Notes: a model not told the origin generated them from the letters alone. 64,000 nt of DNA from Rhodospirillales bacterium (GCA_038120295.1 JAYOLL010000008.1:40810-104809), one strand, 5' to 3'. Positions 1 to 11,154 are shown, numbered from the stretch's first letter. A program made the numbers and translations.

Positions 1-204
1 ATCGTGATCCGCGACCGCAAATGCACAACCATCGACGAGGATGCGCTGCACGAGGAAGTCGCCGGCTACATGAAATCCATCATCCCGGAATACGAGGACA
101 TCGTCTCCGCCAGGACCTCGGCCTTGCCGCATATGCTGGAAGCTCACCGTAAGGTCTGGAACACCCCGGTGCAGATGGAACGATTCATGACGCGGACGCG
201 CTGA
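1..204 (+). CDS. 3' end of unidentified protein-coding gene (partial, continues upstream of window)
   Basis: Open frame from window edge to stop TGA at 202-204; 66-aa C-terminal fragment with no motif I can recognise. Confidence 0.3.
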   Translation: MVIRDRKCTTIDEDALHEEVAGYMKSIIPEYEDIVSARTSALPHMLEAHRKVWNTPVQMERFMTRTR

Positions 205-534
205 TCGCCTGCCTTCCCTTTAATCGGCATGGCGACTCCCGCAGAAACCCGAAGACTGCGCCCGACCTGCTCGTCTGCGACCACCGGGAAGTCAACCGGC
301 CGCGGCAGACCGGTAAGTGGCGCTCCGACGGGACGTACCGCGAATGCCCGCCGATGGGCGGCGGCATGGTTGCGGACGAATTCGAACTTTACCGACGCGG
401 GATTCCCTGGATCATGGGTTTCAGGGACCGCCCGGAGCGACAGTTCGAACGGGACGGGAGCGAGTTCCGCCCGACTCTGCCTGTGTGCTAGACTGTCCGC
501 CGGTTAACGCCCCATTCCGTCCGGAAGGTAAATC

Positions 535-1758
535 ATGAGTGCAGCGACGCCCGACGGCGCCAGCGACATCAAGGTCATCTCGCTGATCGGCGTGTCGCAC
601 TATATGAGTCACGTCTACCAGCTCGCGCTGCCGGCCCTGTTCCCGCTGATCAACCGGGTCGAGGGGATTTCCTATCTCGATCTCGGTTTCCTGTCCTTCG
701 TGTTCTTTCTGACATCCGGCATCTGCCAGACGCCGGCCGGATTCCTGGTCGACAGGATGGGCGCGCGCCCCACCCTGTTCGCCGGCATGCTGCTGCTGGC
801 CGGCTCCACGGCGGTGTTTTCCACGACGCACAGCTACGACATGATGCTGTTCCTCGCCTTCCTCGGCGGGCTCGGCAATTCGGTTTTTCACCCGGCGGAT
901 CTGTCCATCCTGAACGGCAGCGTGTCGAAGGCGCGCATCGGGCGCGGGTTCGGCATCCACGGGGTCGGCGGGTTCGTCGGCTACGCAACCACGCCGTTCT
1001 GCGTCATTGCCCTTGGGGACATGCTGGGCTGGCAGCCAACCATGCTGGCGCTGGGGGCGTTCGGGCTGTTTATCCTAACGCTCATGATGCTGTCGCGCCG
1101 CGATTTGCGCGATTCCGGGCGCGACCAGGGCGTGGAACCGCAAACCTTCAAGCAGGATCTCGGCGTGCTTTTGCAACCCGCCTCGATCTATTCCTTCACC
1201 TTCTTCGCCTTCATGGCGATGGGCTCGGTCGGGCTGATGGCGTTCGGATCCAGCGCGCTGATCCAGCTGCTCGGAATGGATGCCAAGGTCGCCGGCAGCG
1301 TTATCACGCTTCAGCTTACCGGCTCGGTCGCGGGTATCCTGATCGGCGGCTGGGCGGCCGATAAAATCGCCCAGCGGCATGACGTCGCAACCGCGATGGT
1401 GGTGACGGCGGGCGTCGCCGTCCTTCTCTGCGTGCCGATGTTCAAGCCGGGCGCCTATTTCCTGCTGGTCGCGATGATGATGCTCTATGGCGCGCTTTAC
1501 GGCATGGCGAACCCGCTGCGCGACATGGTGATCCGCTCGTTCGCGCCGTCCGGCGGCGCGGGCAAGGTGTTCGGCTTCACCTATTCGGGGATGGATTTCG
1601 GTTCGTCGGTCTCGGCGCTGGTGTTCGGCTACCTGCTGGAACATAAACAGCCCGAGCTGGTGTTCTATCTGGTGGCCGTGTTCATGATGATCGGGGTCGG
1701 CGCGGTGCTGCTGGCCAAGGCAAGTTCGCCGCCCAAACCGGCAGCCGCGACGGCCTGA
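535..1758 (+). CDS. MFS transporter (paralog 1)
   Basis: 407 aa, about 12 predicted TM helices, typical MFS hydrophobic pattern; GGAAGG SD 7 nt before ATG. Confidence 0.8.
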   Translation: MSAATPDGASDIKVISLIGVSHYMSHVYQLALPALFPLINRVEGISYLDLGFLSFVFFLTSGICQTPAGFLVDRMGARPTLFAGMLLLAGSTAVFSTTHSYDMMLFLAFLGGLGNSVFHPADLSILNGSVSKARIGRGFGIHGVGGFVGYATTPFCVIALGDMLGWQPTMLALGAFGLFILTLMMLSRRDLRDSGRDQGVEPQTFKQDLGVLLQPASIYSFTFFAFMAMGSVGLMAFGSSALIQLLGMDAKVAGSVITLQLTGSVAGILIGGWAADKIAQRHDVATAMVVTAGVAVLLCVPMFKPGAYFLLVAMMMLYGALYGMANPLRDMVIRSFAPSGGAGKVFGFTYSGMDFGSSVSALVFGYLLEHKQPELVFYLVAVFMMIGVGAVLLAKASSPPKPAAATA

Positions 1759-1777
1759 TATGAGGAGCTAGACCGGC

Positions 1778-3010
1778 ATGAGCGTTCTGGGGGCATCCCG
1801 GCAGGATACGCAGGTCATGGGCGTCATCGGCGTCGCCCACATGCTGAGCCATTTTTACCAGTTCGCCCTGGCCCCGCTGTTCCCGCTGGTCGCGCCCGAT
1901 CTCGGCGTCTCGTTCCTGCAGCTCGGTACGCTGATGGGCGTTCTGTTCGTGACCTCCGCCCTGCTCCAGACCCCCGCCGGGTTCCTGGTCGACAGGACCG
2001 GGGGCAGGCCGGTTCTGTTCGGCGGTCTGTTCCTCCTGTCCGCAGCGGTAACGGGATACGCGTTCGCGCCGAATTTCGAGACGCTGATCGTCCTGTCGGT
2101 GATCGCCGGGATCGGCAATTCGGTGTTCCATCCGGCGGATTATTCGCTGCTCAACGCCTATGTCAGCAAGGGCTGGATCGGACGCGCCTACAGCGTCCAC
2201 GCCGTCGGGGGCTATATCGGGTTCGCTCTGGCCCCGGTCAGCGTCACTCTCCTGGCTGGACCGCTCGGCTGGCGCAATTCGGTGGCAGCGGTCGGCATCG
2301 CAGGCATCGTGATCGGTATTCTGCTCTTCCTGTGGCGTGCGGAAAGCGAAAGCGACTCGGAAAGCCCTGAACAGACAGAAGCGCCCGCTACGCCTGATAG
2401 CGGGATATCGGTACTGCTTCAGCCGCAGATAATCCTCGCCTTCCTGTTTTTCCTCGTCCTCGCCATGGGCCTCATCGGGATTCAAAGCTTCGCCACTACG
2501 GCGCTGGTCGAAGGCTGGTCTCTATCGCTGGAGACCGCAGGCGCGGTGCTATCGGTCTTCGTGTTTACCGCGCCAATCGGGATAATGCTGGGCGGCTACG
2601 CAGCCGACCGGATGCCGACCCACCATACGACAGCCGCCATCGCCTTTATCGGGGCGGGGCTGTGCATAGCCGCCATCCCCCTGCTGGGTCTCGAAGGGCT
2701 GACGATTTCTGCTGCTTTCCTGCTTGCCGGGCTGCTGTTCGGGTTCGCGCTGCCCAGCCGTGACATGTTCATCCGCTCGATGACACCGAAGGGCGCGAGC
2801 GGACGCGTGTTCGGTTTTGTGTATGGCGGTCTGGATACCGGCGCAGCGATAACGCCGATCCTGTTCGGGCTGTTCATGGATCAGGGCAAGCCGCGCTGGG
2901 TCTTCCTGGCAGCCGGTCTGTTCATCATGGGGGCGGCGCTGGCCTGCAAGATCGCCAGCATCGCCGCCGCCCGCGCAGCGCCCGGCACGGATACCGCCTC
3001 CTCGTCATGA
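1778..3010 (+). CDS. MFS transporter (paralog 2, tandem duplicate of upstream gene)
   Basis: 410 aa; N-terminal half clearly alignable with upstream MFS (shared motifs LQTPAGFLVDR and NSVFHPAD); GAGGAG SD before ATG. Confidence 0.8.
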   Translation: MSVLGASRQDTQVMGVIGVAHMLSHFYQFALAPLFPLVAPDLGVSFLQLGTLMGVLFVTSALLQTPAGFLVDRTGGRPVLFGGLFLLSAAVTGYAFAPNFETLIVLSVIAGIGNSVFHPADYSLLNAYVSKGWIGRAYSVHAVGGYIGFALAPVSVTLLAGPLGWRNSVAAVGIAGIVIGILLFLWRAESESDSESPEQTEAPATPDSGISVLLQPQIILAFLFFLVLAMGLIGIQSFATTALVEGWSLSLETAGAVLSVFVFTAPIGIMLGGYAADRMPTHHTTAAIAFIGAGLCIAAIPLLGLEGLTISAAFLLAGLLFGFALPSRDMFIRSMTPKGASGRVFGFVYGGLDTGAAITPILFGLFMDQGKPRWVFLAAGLFIMGAALACKIASIAAARAAPGTDTASSS

Positions 3011-4293
3011 ATATCGTCTTCTTCGCTCTCGTCCTGATCGCATTCGGCGTCACGGCCTGGCGGCAGCTCAACTGGGAAGACGACGGAGGGCAGATTACGG
3101 CGCCGATGCAGGAGCTGGCGCTCGGCATGGTCGATGCAGCCGGCGGCGCGGTTACGCTCGCCATCGGGCTGATCGGCGTTATGGCCCTGTTCCTCGGCCT
3201 GATGAAAGTCGCCGAAGCCGGCGGGCTGCTGTCCATCATCGCCCGGCTGGTCCGACCGTTGATGGTGCGCGCCTTCCCCGACGTGCCGGCCAACCACCCG
3301 GCGATGGGCGCGATGATCATGAATATCTCCGCCAACGCGATGGGGCTCGGCAACGCGGCGACGCCGTTCGGTATTCGGGCGATGCAGGAACTCGATCGAC
3401 TCAACCCGCACAGGGGCACGGCGACGGATTCAATGGTGCTGTTTCTCGCCATCAACACTTCAAGCGTCACCATCCTGCCGACAGGCGTAATCGCCCTGCG
3501 CGCCGCAGCGGGCTCGGCGGATCCGGCGGGCATCCTGCCGACCACCCTGTTCGCCACCATCCTGTCGACCGCTGTCGCGTTTCTCGCGGTCAAGCTCTAT
3601 CGCGGTTTTGCCCAGGCGCCCGCTCCGACAAACAGTGTTGAGAAGGAAGATGGCGACGCGTTCGACGAGGACATCAGCGGAAAAGGCTATCCCGCCTGGG
3701 CCTCCATCGCTGCGCTGAGCTTTATCGCCGCGCTGGTCCCGGTGACCATCATCTTCGGCGACACCATCGCGCCCTGGATCATTCCCGGCCTGATGGTCGC
3801 GCTGCTGTCCTTCGGCGTCTGGAAGAAGGTACCGATCTACGAAATGTTCGTGGAGGGCGCGAAGGACGGTTTTCAGGTTGCTGTGCGTATCATCCCCTAC
3901 CTCGTCGCCATCCTGGTCGCGGTCGGCATGCTACGGACATCCGGCGCGCTCGATGCCCTGGTTAGCTGGGTCGGGCCGGTGACATCCGCTTTCGGGCTTC
4001 CCGGCGAAGCGTTGCCCATGGCGCTGCTGAGGCCTCTATCCGGTTCCGGCGCCTATGGCATACTCGCCTCGATCATCGAAGACCCGAATATCGGCCCCGA
4101 CTCATACGTCGGCTATCTAGTCAGCACGCTGCAGGGATCGACAGAAACCACCTTCTACGTCATCGCGGTCTATTTCGGCGCAGTGCAGATCAAACGCGTA
4201 CGTCACGCGCTTGCCGCCGCCCTGACCGCCGACATCGCCGGGATCGCCGGCGCCGTCATCGCCTGCTCGCTGCTATACGGCGCTCTGAACTAA
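3007..4293 (+). CDS. Nucleoside-recognition (Gate) domain membrane protein, SpmA/SpmB-like fusion
   Basis: 428 aa polytopic membrane protein with two Gate-like segments; start overlaps stop of MFS2 (ATGA). Confidence 0.6.
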   Translation: MNIVFFALVLIAFGVTAWRQLNWEDDGGQITAPMQELALGMVDAAGGAVTLAIGLIGVMALFLGLMKVAEAGGLLSIIARLVRPLMVRAFPDVPANHPAMGAMIMNISANAMGLGNAATPFGIRAMQELDRLNPHRGTATDSMVLFLAINTSSVTILPTGVIALRAAAGSADPAGILPTTLFATILSTAVAFLAVKLYRGFAQAPAPTNSVEKEDGDAFDEDISGKGYPAWASIAALSFIAALVPVTIIFGDTIAPWIIPGLMVALLSFGVWKKVPIYEMFVEGAKDGFQVAVRIIPYLVAILVAVGMLRTSGALDALVSWVGPVTSAFGLPGEALPMALLRPLSGSGAYGILASIIEDPNIGPDSYVGYLVSTLQGSTETTFYVIAVYFGAVQIKRVRHALAAALTADIAGIAGAVIACSLLYGALN

Positions 4294-4353
4294 ATAACGC
4301 CGGAACCGCCTTGCATCCGGCCACCGCAGTTGGAAACATAGGGCAGTGTCTAA

Positions 4354-5478
<1,125 letters not shown>

Positions 5479-5499
5479 ATTACCGCTGGCGCGGAACCG

Positions 5500-5676
5500 T
5501 CATCCGCCCGCGCAGATCGCGATAATGAATTCCTGAATTTTCTGGACATCCCGGAAGGCAGGAAATGCCATCAGCGCGACAAACAGCAGCACGCCCAGCA
5601 GAACGTACTCCATACGGCTGCCGCTCTTTGTTGCGGCGGTCTCCGCCGATTCAGCCTTTTTTTCTTCCGCCGACAT
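5500..5676 (-). CDS. hypothetical small membrane protein (speculative)
   Basis: 58-aa ORF from internal ATG with one hydrophobic helix (VLLGVLLFVALMAF); no clear SD; convergent to frmA. Confidence 0.2.
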   Translation of the reverse strand: MSAEEKKAESAETAATKSGSRMEYVLLGVLLFVALMAFPAFRDVQKIQEFIIAICAGG

Positions 5677-5868
5677 GACCAGAGTATAGCGTAACAGGCG
5701 CTTCAACGCATCAACCAACACCTGATACGTCGGAACCCATGGCGCCGCTCTGAGCGGGCTATCAACTCTCAATTAACCAGACTGTGCGTAACTTGATTCG
5801 ATCCCGTACGCAGCCGCACGGTCTCCAAAGCTTGAAGGCGGCCAGGATTCTTTAGAGAAACCGGTGCA

Positions 5869-6294
5869 ATGAAGCCAGACTACCTATTGAAACCATTATA
5901 TTTTATCAAGTTTCTGGCTGTATTCCTTGCAGTCAGTTCAATGATTCCGCCCGACCCGGCGGCTGCGGCCACCAAGAAGCGCAATACGATGGTTGTCGGC
6001 TGCTGGGGCGACGCCAAAAAGGGCGATGCCGTCGATCTCAAGATAAGGTTCGTTGGAAACGGTTCGATCGTTCAGTACGACGAAAATCAGGTCGAAAAGC
6101 ACAAGCGGACATTCGGCGCCTGGGAAATGGCGTACGATTCCAGCTACCTGTCGATTTACTGGCCGGACGGCCGGATCAGCCAGTATGGCATGAAGCGGAT
6201 CGGCCCCATCCTCCATTTCACAGGCCTGAGCGGCGCACGGAACTTCACACTGCGGGAAATTTCACCCGATAATTGCTGGGATACGCAGAACTGA
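5869..6294 (+). CDS. hypothetical secreted protein (N-terminal signal peptide)
   Basis: 141 aa; hydrophobic N-terminus followed by AAAA cleavage-like region; first about 90 nt markedly AT-richer than surroundings. Confidence 0.4.
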   Translation: MKPDYLLKPLYFIKFLAVFLAVSSMIPPDPAAAATKKRNTMVVGCWGDAKKGDAVDLKIRFVGNGSIVQYDENQVEKHKRTFGAWEMAYDSSYLSIYWPDGRISQYGMKRIGPILHFTGLSGARNFTLREISPDNCWDTQN

Positions 6295-6363
6295 CGGTGC
6301 AGGTCGGGAAAAACTGCGCGCGCATTCTTGATCGCATCCGCCCGCACGGGCAACATAGCCATC

Positions 6364-6894
6364 ATGTCAGCGGAAACCCTTGTACTCGCGTTTGCCTTCG
6401 GCTGGGGCGCATGGATCCTGTACAGGATCCACCAGCGCCGCCGTTCACGTAACGACCCCACCGGTGCGATCGTGGAACCCGCCCCGAAACAGACCGCGCG
6501 GGAGATGCCGAGGATTGGCGATCCCGGCACCATAACCTTCAACCAGATACAGGAACTCAGGCGAAACAGCTTCACGCCAGACCGCAACTGGAGCCGCGAG
6601 GAAGCCGCCCTGATTCTGGATGCCGTGACCTATCTTCGCGCTGTCTGCCGCGATATCGCCGGTAACGAGGACGGTCCGCCCCCGCTTGAAATCCAGAACG
6701 ATCTGCTAAGGTTCATCCTGACCGAGCAGGATATCCGCGAACATATCCGGAAATGGGGCGAGGAACGCCGCGAAGCCGGGGCCGATGATTTCGATGATGA
6801 TGAAGAGCCCGATTTGCCGCAAAACCGGCAATATGACCGTGTTCGCGCCCATGCTACGAAATTTTTCGCACCGGCCTCCGACGAACCGGGCTAA
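6364..6894 (+). CDS. hypothetical membrane-anchored protein with acidic C-terminal tail
   Basis: ATG at 6364 (alternative TTG at 6328); one N-terminal TM helix (LVLAFAFGWGAWILY), DDFDDDEEPD tail; followed by strong terminator. Confidence 0.4.
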   Translation: MSAETLVLAFAFGWGAWILYRIHQRRRSRNDPTGAIVEPAPKQTAREMPRIGDPGTITFNQIQELRRNSFTPDRNWSREEAALILDAVTYLRAVCRDIAGNEDGPPPLEIQNDLLRFILTEQDIREHIRKWGEERREAGADDFDDDEEPDLPQNRQYDRVRAHATKFFAPASDEPG

Positions 6895-7039
6895 AGGATA
6901 CCCCGGTTACGCAGGCTCAGGAAAATCAAGCATCCGCATTATTTGTGATGCCTATCACAGCTCTATCGGTCAACGATCCGTATATTCCGGATGCTGCCTG
7001 AAACCCTCCCCTTCTTTCCAACCCCGGGCAGCCATGTTG

Positions 7040-7075
7040 AACGGCGGTTCCTTCCCCGGAACCGCCGTTTTCTTT
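7040..7075 (+). terminator. Rho-independent terminator (12-bp GC stem AACGGCGGTTCC / GGAACCGCCGTT, loop TTCCCC, tail TTCTTT)
   Basis: Perfect inverted repeat read directly; U-tract only on + strand, so it terminates the 6364-6894 gene. Confidence 0.65.
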
Positions 7076-7080
7076 GCCCG

Positions 7081-7905
7081 TCATTGAGGCTTCAGCGACG
7101 GCAGGTTTTCGATAGAAGGACGGAGTACGCCCAGGACGGAATGCCAGCACTCGTCCCCACAAGCCGACAGAAGTCCATACCGATGACTTTCGCCGGGCCG
7201 GTATGGCGAACCATCGATGTAACAAACGCGCCCGCCCGCTTCCCTGACGATCAAGTCGCCTGCCGCATGATCCCAAGGCTTCAGGCCGCGATAATGAGCG
7301 AAATGCAGCTCACCGGTGGCGATCCTCAAATATTCGATGCCGCAACAGCCTGCCGTATTCACCCTTTCGAAAATTTCGTCGATCCCGTCGCGTTCCCGGA
7401 GGCGTCGCCCAAGCGATCCGCGCATGGCGGAAAGCTCAGGTAATTCGGCGTCGTCCGAACAAACCCTGCGTCCTTCCGACCAGGCCCCTTCCCCTTGCTC
7501 GGCCACGATGCTGGCGCCGGTTTCCGGCACCAGGATTGCCCCGGCGCGTGTCTCGCGTCCCACCGCTAGGGCGACAATTACAACATAATCCGGCTTGCCC
7601 GAGGCGAAGTTCGATGTGCCGTCCAGAGGGTCGACAATCCAGACCGGCGCATCGCCTGACAGGCAATCATACGCCGCCGGATCGCCTTCCGCGGCCTCTT
7701 CACCCAGAACAACCGAGCCGGGCAGCAACGACGTCAGGGCATCGCCCAACCGCCGTTCGCTTTCGGTATCGGCGATTGTCACGAGACCGCCCGCGTCCTT
7801 GCGGCGGATCTCGCCCTCCTGCAGGCACCGGAATCGAGGCCGGATTTCCTCCTCCGCGACGTCCCGCATCAGCGAGACGACCTTATCCATATCAGGCGCT
7901 ACCAC
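7081..7905 (-). CDS. Inositol monophosphatase family protein (SuhB/HisN-like)
   Basis: 274 aa with IMPase signature WIVDPLDGTSNF and C-terminal GG...W..AAG motif. Confidence 0.8.
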   Translation of the reverse strand: MVAPDMDKVVSLMRDVAEEEIRPRFRCLQEGEIRRKDAGGLVTIADTESERRLGDALTSLLPGSVVLGEEAAEGDPAAYDCLSGDAPVWIVDPLDGTSNFASGKPDYVVIVALAVGRETRAGAILVPETGASIVAEQGEGAWSEGRRVCSDDAELPELSAMRGSLGRRLRERDGIDEIFERVNTAGCCGIEYLRIATGELHFAHYRGLKPWDHAAGDLIVREAGGRVCYIDGSPYRPGESHRYGLLSACGDECWHSVLGVLRPSIENLPSLKPQ

Positions 7906-9229
7906 GATGACCGCTCACAATACTGTCGCCGAATCGGTGAAAGAATCTGGCGCTGTCAGCTTCATCAAGGCGCACCCGGAACGTCGCGGCAGTATCGCTA
8001 TCCTCCCGCTCCAGGACATCGCCCTGCCGATAGAGCCATGCAATCGCCTTGCCTGCCGCCGGGGCGATCGCGAGTTCCACAATCTTCTGGCTCTCCGCCA
8101 GCATTTCGTCGATGCGATCAAGAAGGTCGCCGCAACCGTCTCCCGTCATAGCGGATAGCAGTATCGCATTTACGTCGCGGCCGGCTCGATTGCGTTCCGC
8201 AGTGAGAGCTTCGGACTCCACCAGATCGATCTTGTTTCTGACCTCGACAAGCGCGTCCAGCCGGTCCTCCGGCACACCGAGTTCATCGAGAACCGTCAGG
8301 ACGTCGAATTTCTGTGCGTCGCTGTCGGGATGCGCGATGTCTCGTACGTGAAGGATGATATCCGCCTCGAGAACCTCTTCGAGCGTCGCCCGAAACGCTG
8401 CCACAAGCATCGTTGGCAAAGCGGAGACGAACCCGACCGTATCCGAAAGGATAACCGACCGGCCCGACGGCAGTTCGATAGCCCGCATGGTGGGATCGAG
8501 TGTCGCAAAGAGCTGGTCGCGGGCGGTTACACCGGCTCCCGAAAGCCTGTTGAACAGCGTCGATTTACCTGCATTGGTGTAGCCGACAAGCGCGACGACG
8601 GGGTAAGGCACCTTTTGACGGCTCCGCCGGTGCAGGCCGCGCGTCCGGGTTACGCGACCGAGTTCACGCCGGATGCGGGTAATACGTTCGTCGATCTGCC
8701 GGCGGTCGGCCTCGATCTGCGTTTCACCCGGTCCGCCGAGAAAGCCAAATCCGCCGCGCTGGCGCTCAAGATGCGTCCAGCTCCGCACGAGTCGGCTCCG
8801 CTGATAGGTAAGATGAGCTAGTTCGACCTGCAGGCGGCCTTCCCGCGTTCTCGCCCGTGCGCCGAAAATCTCCAGAATTAAACCTGTCCGATCCAGAACC
8901 TTGCAATTCCAGGCCTTCTCCAGATTCCGCTGCTGAATCGGCGTTACCGCGCCGTCGATAACCGCGACCCCGATATGGTCTTCCTCGATGATCGGCGAAT
9001 AGCTCTCTACCTGGCCCGAGCCGAAAAGGGTCGCGGGCCGCGTCCGGTTCAACGGAACGGTCTCGGCGTGCAGGACGTTCAGGTCGATCGCACCCGCCAG
9101 CCCGACGGCTTCCTCTAGACATGCATCGGGATCGCGCGCCGGCGCATTGCGCCCGGGCGCCTTGCTGTACGGACACAGTACGATTGCTCGCGCACCTCTG
9201 GTTTCGGCGCGCGACAGGTCTTCCGTCAC
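7892..9229 (-). CDS. hflX: GTPase HflX
   Basis: 445 aa; G1 GYTNAGKST, G3 DTVGF, NKID motif; immediately downstream of hfq. Confidence 0.93.
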   Translation of the reverse strand: MTEDLSRAETRGARAIVLCPYSKAPGRNAPARDPDACLEEAVGLAGAIDLNVLHAETVPLNRTRPATLFGSGQVESYSPIIEEDHIGVAVIDGAVTPIQQRNLEKAWNCKVLDRTGLILEIFGARARTREGRLQVELAHLTYQRSRLVRSWTHLERQRGGFGFLGGPGETQIEADRRQIDERITRIRRELGRVTRTRGLHRRSRQKVPYPVVALVGYTNAGKSTLFNRLSGAGVTARDQLFATLDPTMRAIELPSGRSVILSDTVGFVSALPTMLVAAFRATLEEVLEADIILHVRDIAHPDSDAQKFDVLTVLDELGVPEDRLDALVEVRNKIDLVESEALTAERNRAGRDVNAILLSAMTGDGCGDLLDRIDEMLAESQKIVELAIAPAAGKAIAWLYRQGDVLEREDSDTAATFRVRLDEADSARFFHRFGDSIVSGHRGSA

Positions 9230-9230
9230 G

Positions 9231-9503
9231 TCAATCGTTGACGTCGGGAGGAATGTTTCCGTCCTTGTCGTCCTCGTCCCACAGCTGGATCGGAGAGACA
9301 GGCATCACCGTCGAAATGGCGTGCTTGTAAACAAGCTGCGAATGACCGTCGCGGCGCAGCAGCACGCAGAAATTATCGAACCAGGTGATGATGCCCTGGA
9401 GTTTAACGCCGTTTACGAGAAAAACGGTGACCGGGGCCTTGTTTTTCCGGACGTTGTTCAGAAAAACATCCTGGAGATTCTGGTTCTTGTTATCGTTTGG
9501 CAT
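9231..9503 (-). CDS. hfq: RNA chaperone Hfq
   Basis: 90 aa; Sm motifs [12 protein letters not shown]...[23 protein letters not shown]...[11 protein letters not shown]. Confidence 0.95.
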   Translation of the reverse strand: MPNDNKNQNLQDVFLNNVRKNKAPVTVFLVNGVKLQGIITWFDNFCVLLRRDGHSQLVYKHAISTVMPVSPIQLWDEDDKDGNIPPDVND

Positions 9504-9585
9504 TTTCTTCTCTGTCTTTTGATTGGTCCCCCTGAACGGGTCAATCCATCAGGGAACATATACACACGAATATTAATATGGCCCG

Positions 9586-10263
9586 TTATAACCGGGAGAC
9601 AAGGTCCGCGACTTTTTCGAGGGAAGAAAACTGGTAATGAGGCATAAAATCCCCGAAATCCGCAGGGTCCGCACGCGATTCCGCCACCAGTACAGGTATA
9701 CAGTTGGCGATATGGGCGCATTCCATATCGATTTTCGTGTCTCCGACGAACCAGATGTTGCGACCGGGCGCCAATTCACCGGGTTTTAGCGCCATAAGAA
9801 CCGGATCCAGCGCCGGTTTGTCTTTTTCGGCGTCCGTCGCCCCGACGAGCCGCGAGAAATAACCCTCCCAGCCCAGATATTCGGCTTCGCGCCGCAGATG
9901 ATCTCCCGATTTGTTGCTTACGACCCCGAGATAAACACCTCTCTCCTGAAACAGTTTCAGCAGAGATTCGGCGCCGGAACACACTTCGAGCCGTTCCAGG
10001 TGAATTTCACGAAACCGGTCGTAAAAGACATCCCGCGCTTCCTCCCACCGGTCGCCGAACATATCCGGAAAAGCCTCGCGCAGAGCGCGCCTTACCCGCT
10101 GTCTAGTATCGGCAAGAGTCCATAACGGATGCCCCATCGCCGCCAGCGTCGCGTTCATCGCATCATGGATAACCGGCCAGGTATCGACCAGCGTGTTGTC
10201 CCAGTCGAACAGGACACCCTTCGGCAGTTCCGAGGGAAGATTTTCCCGCCTGTCCTCCCTCAT
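9586..10263 (-). CDS. HAD-family hydrolase (phosphoglycolate phosphatase-like)
   Basis: 225 aa; motif I DWDNTLVDT, motif II S, motif III/IV GDTKIDME. Confidence 0.75.
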   Translation of the reverse strand: MREDRRENLPSELPKGVLFDWDNTLVDTWPVIHDAMNATLAAMGHPLWTLADTRQRVRRALREAFPDMFGDRWEEARDVFYDRFREIHLERLEVCSGAESLLKLFQERGVYLGVVSNKSGDHLRREAEYLGWEGYFSRLVGATDAEKDKPALDPVLMALKPGELAPGRNIWFVGDTKIDMECAHIANCIPVLVAESRADPADFGDFMPHYQFSSLEKVADLVSRL

Positions 10264-11138
10264 GAGTCGGAAATCAGCCCCCGGTAGGCGTCGAGCAGCG
10301 CCCTTGCGACAGGGCCCGGCCTACCTTCGCCAACAGCCTTGCCGTCAATCGAAACCACCGGCAGGACGAACGATGTCGTGCTGGTGATAAAGGCTTCGCG
10401 CGCTGTCAGGGCTTCCTCCAGCGTAAAAGCCCGTTCCGTCACTCGGATATTTGCCTGTCTTGCCGCCTCAATCACCGAATGCCGGGTGATTCCGGCAAGA
10501 ATCTGAGGTCCGAGAGGCCGTGTCACCACTTCCTGGCCATCTACCACGATCCAGGCATTGGTCGACGAACCTTCGGTGACAAAGCCGTCTTCATCGACGA
10601 ACCAGGCCTCATACGCCCCTGCCTTCAACGCTTCCTGCTTCGCGAGTACGTTCGGCAGCAACGAGACGGATTTGATGTCGCGCCGGGCCCACCGCGTCTC
10701 GGGAACGGAAACCACCGATACGCCGCTCCTGACCGTCTCTTCGGACGGCGGTTTGAGACGGCTGGCGGTTACGGTCAGAGTCGGCTTGGCATTTGACGAG
10801 GGAAACGCGTGGTTCCGCGGCGCAACGCCTCGCGTCACCTGCAGGTAGATGATGCCGTTCCGAATCCCGTTGCGCCGCAAGACTTGGCGAATGACTGTTT
10901 TTAAGGCCGTCCGGGCGCAGGGCATGTCGATGAAAAGACCCGCAAGCGACCGATCCAGACGATCGTAATGAAGGTCCTCATCAACCAGCTTACCCTGTCG
11001 AACGGCAATGACCTCGTAAACCCCGTCGGCGAACTGATACCCACGGTCTTCGATGTGAACCCGGGCGAGACGGCGCGGTACATACCGGCCAGATACATAG
11101 GCGATGCCCGAAAGCCCTTTTCCTTTTGATGACGTCAA
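10260..11138 (-). CDS. dat: D-amino-acid / branched-chain aminotransferase (class IV fold)
   Basis: Conserved VHIEDRGYQFADGVYEV and EAWFVDEDGFVTEGSSTNAW; ORF extends to 11237 but homology starts near 11110-11138, so start uncertain. Confidence 0.8.
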   Translation of the reverse strand: MTSSKGKGLSGIAYVSGRYVPRRLARVHIEDRGYQFADGVYEVIAVRQGKLVDEDLHYDRLDRSLAGLFIDMPCARTALKTVIRQVLRRNGIRNGIIYLQVTRGVAPRNHAFPSSNAKPTLTVTASRLKPPSEETVRSGVSVVSVPETRWARRDIKSVSLLPNVLAKQEALKAGAYEAWFVDEDGFVTEGSSTNAWIVVDGQEVVTRPLGPQILAGITRHSVIEAARQANIRVTERAFTLEEALTAREAFITSTTSFVLPVVSIDGKAVGEGRPGPVARALLDAYRGLISDS

Positions 11139-11154
11139 GAACAGGATCCCGAAA

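Noticed and set aside
205-534. Cobalamin or other riboswitch upstream of the MFS operon
   Set aside because: Only a partial resemblance (GCGCCACTT versus the B12-box GCCACTG) is present. Other conserved riboswitch elements are absent, so it is kept only as an unclassified structured leader.
5780-5830. tRNA-like T-arm motif (GATTCGATCCCGT) in the intergenic region
   Set aside because: No complementary T-stem, acceptor stem or anticodon arm could be built on either strand, so it is not a tRNA.
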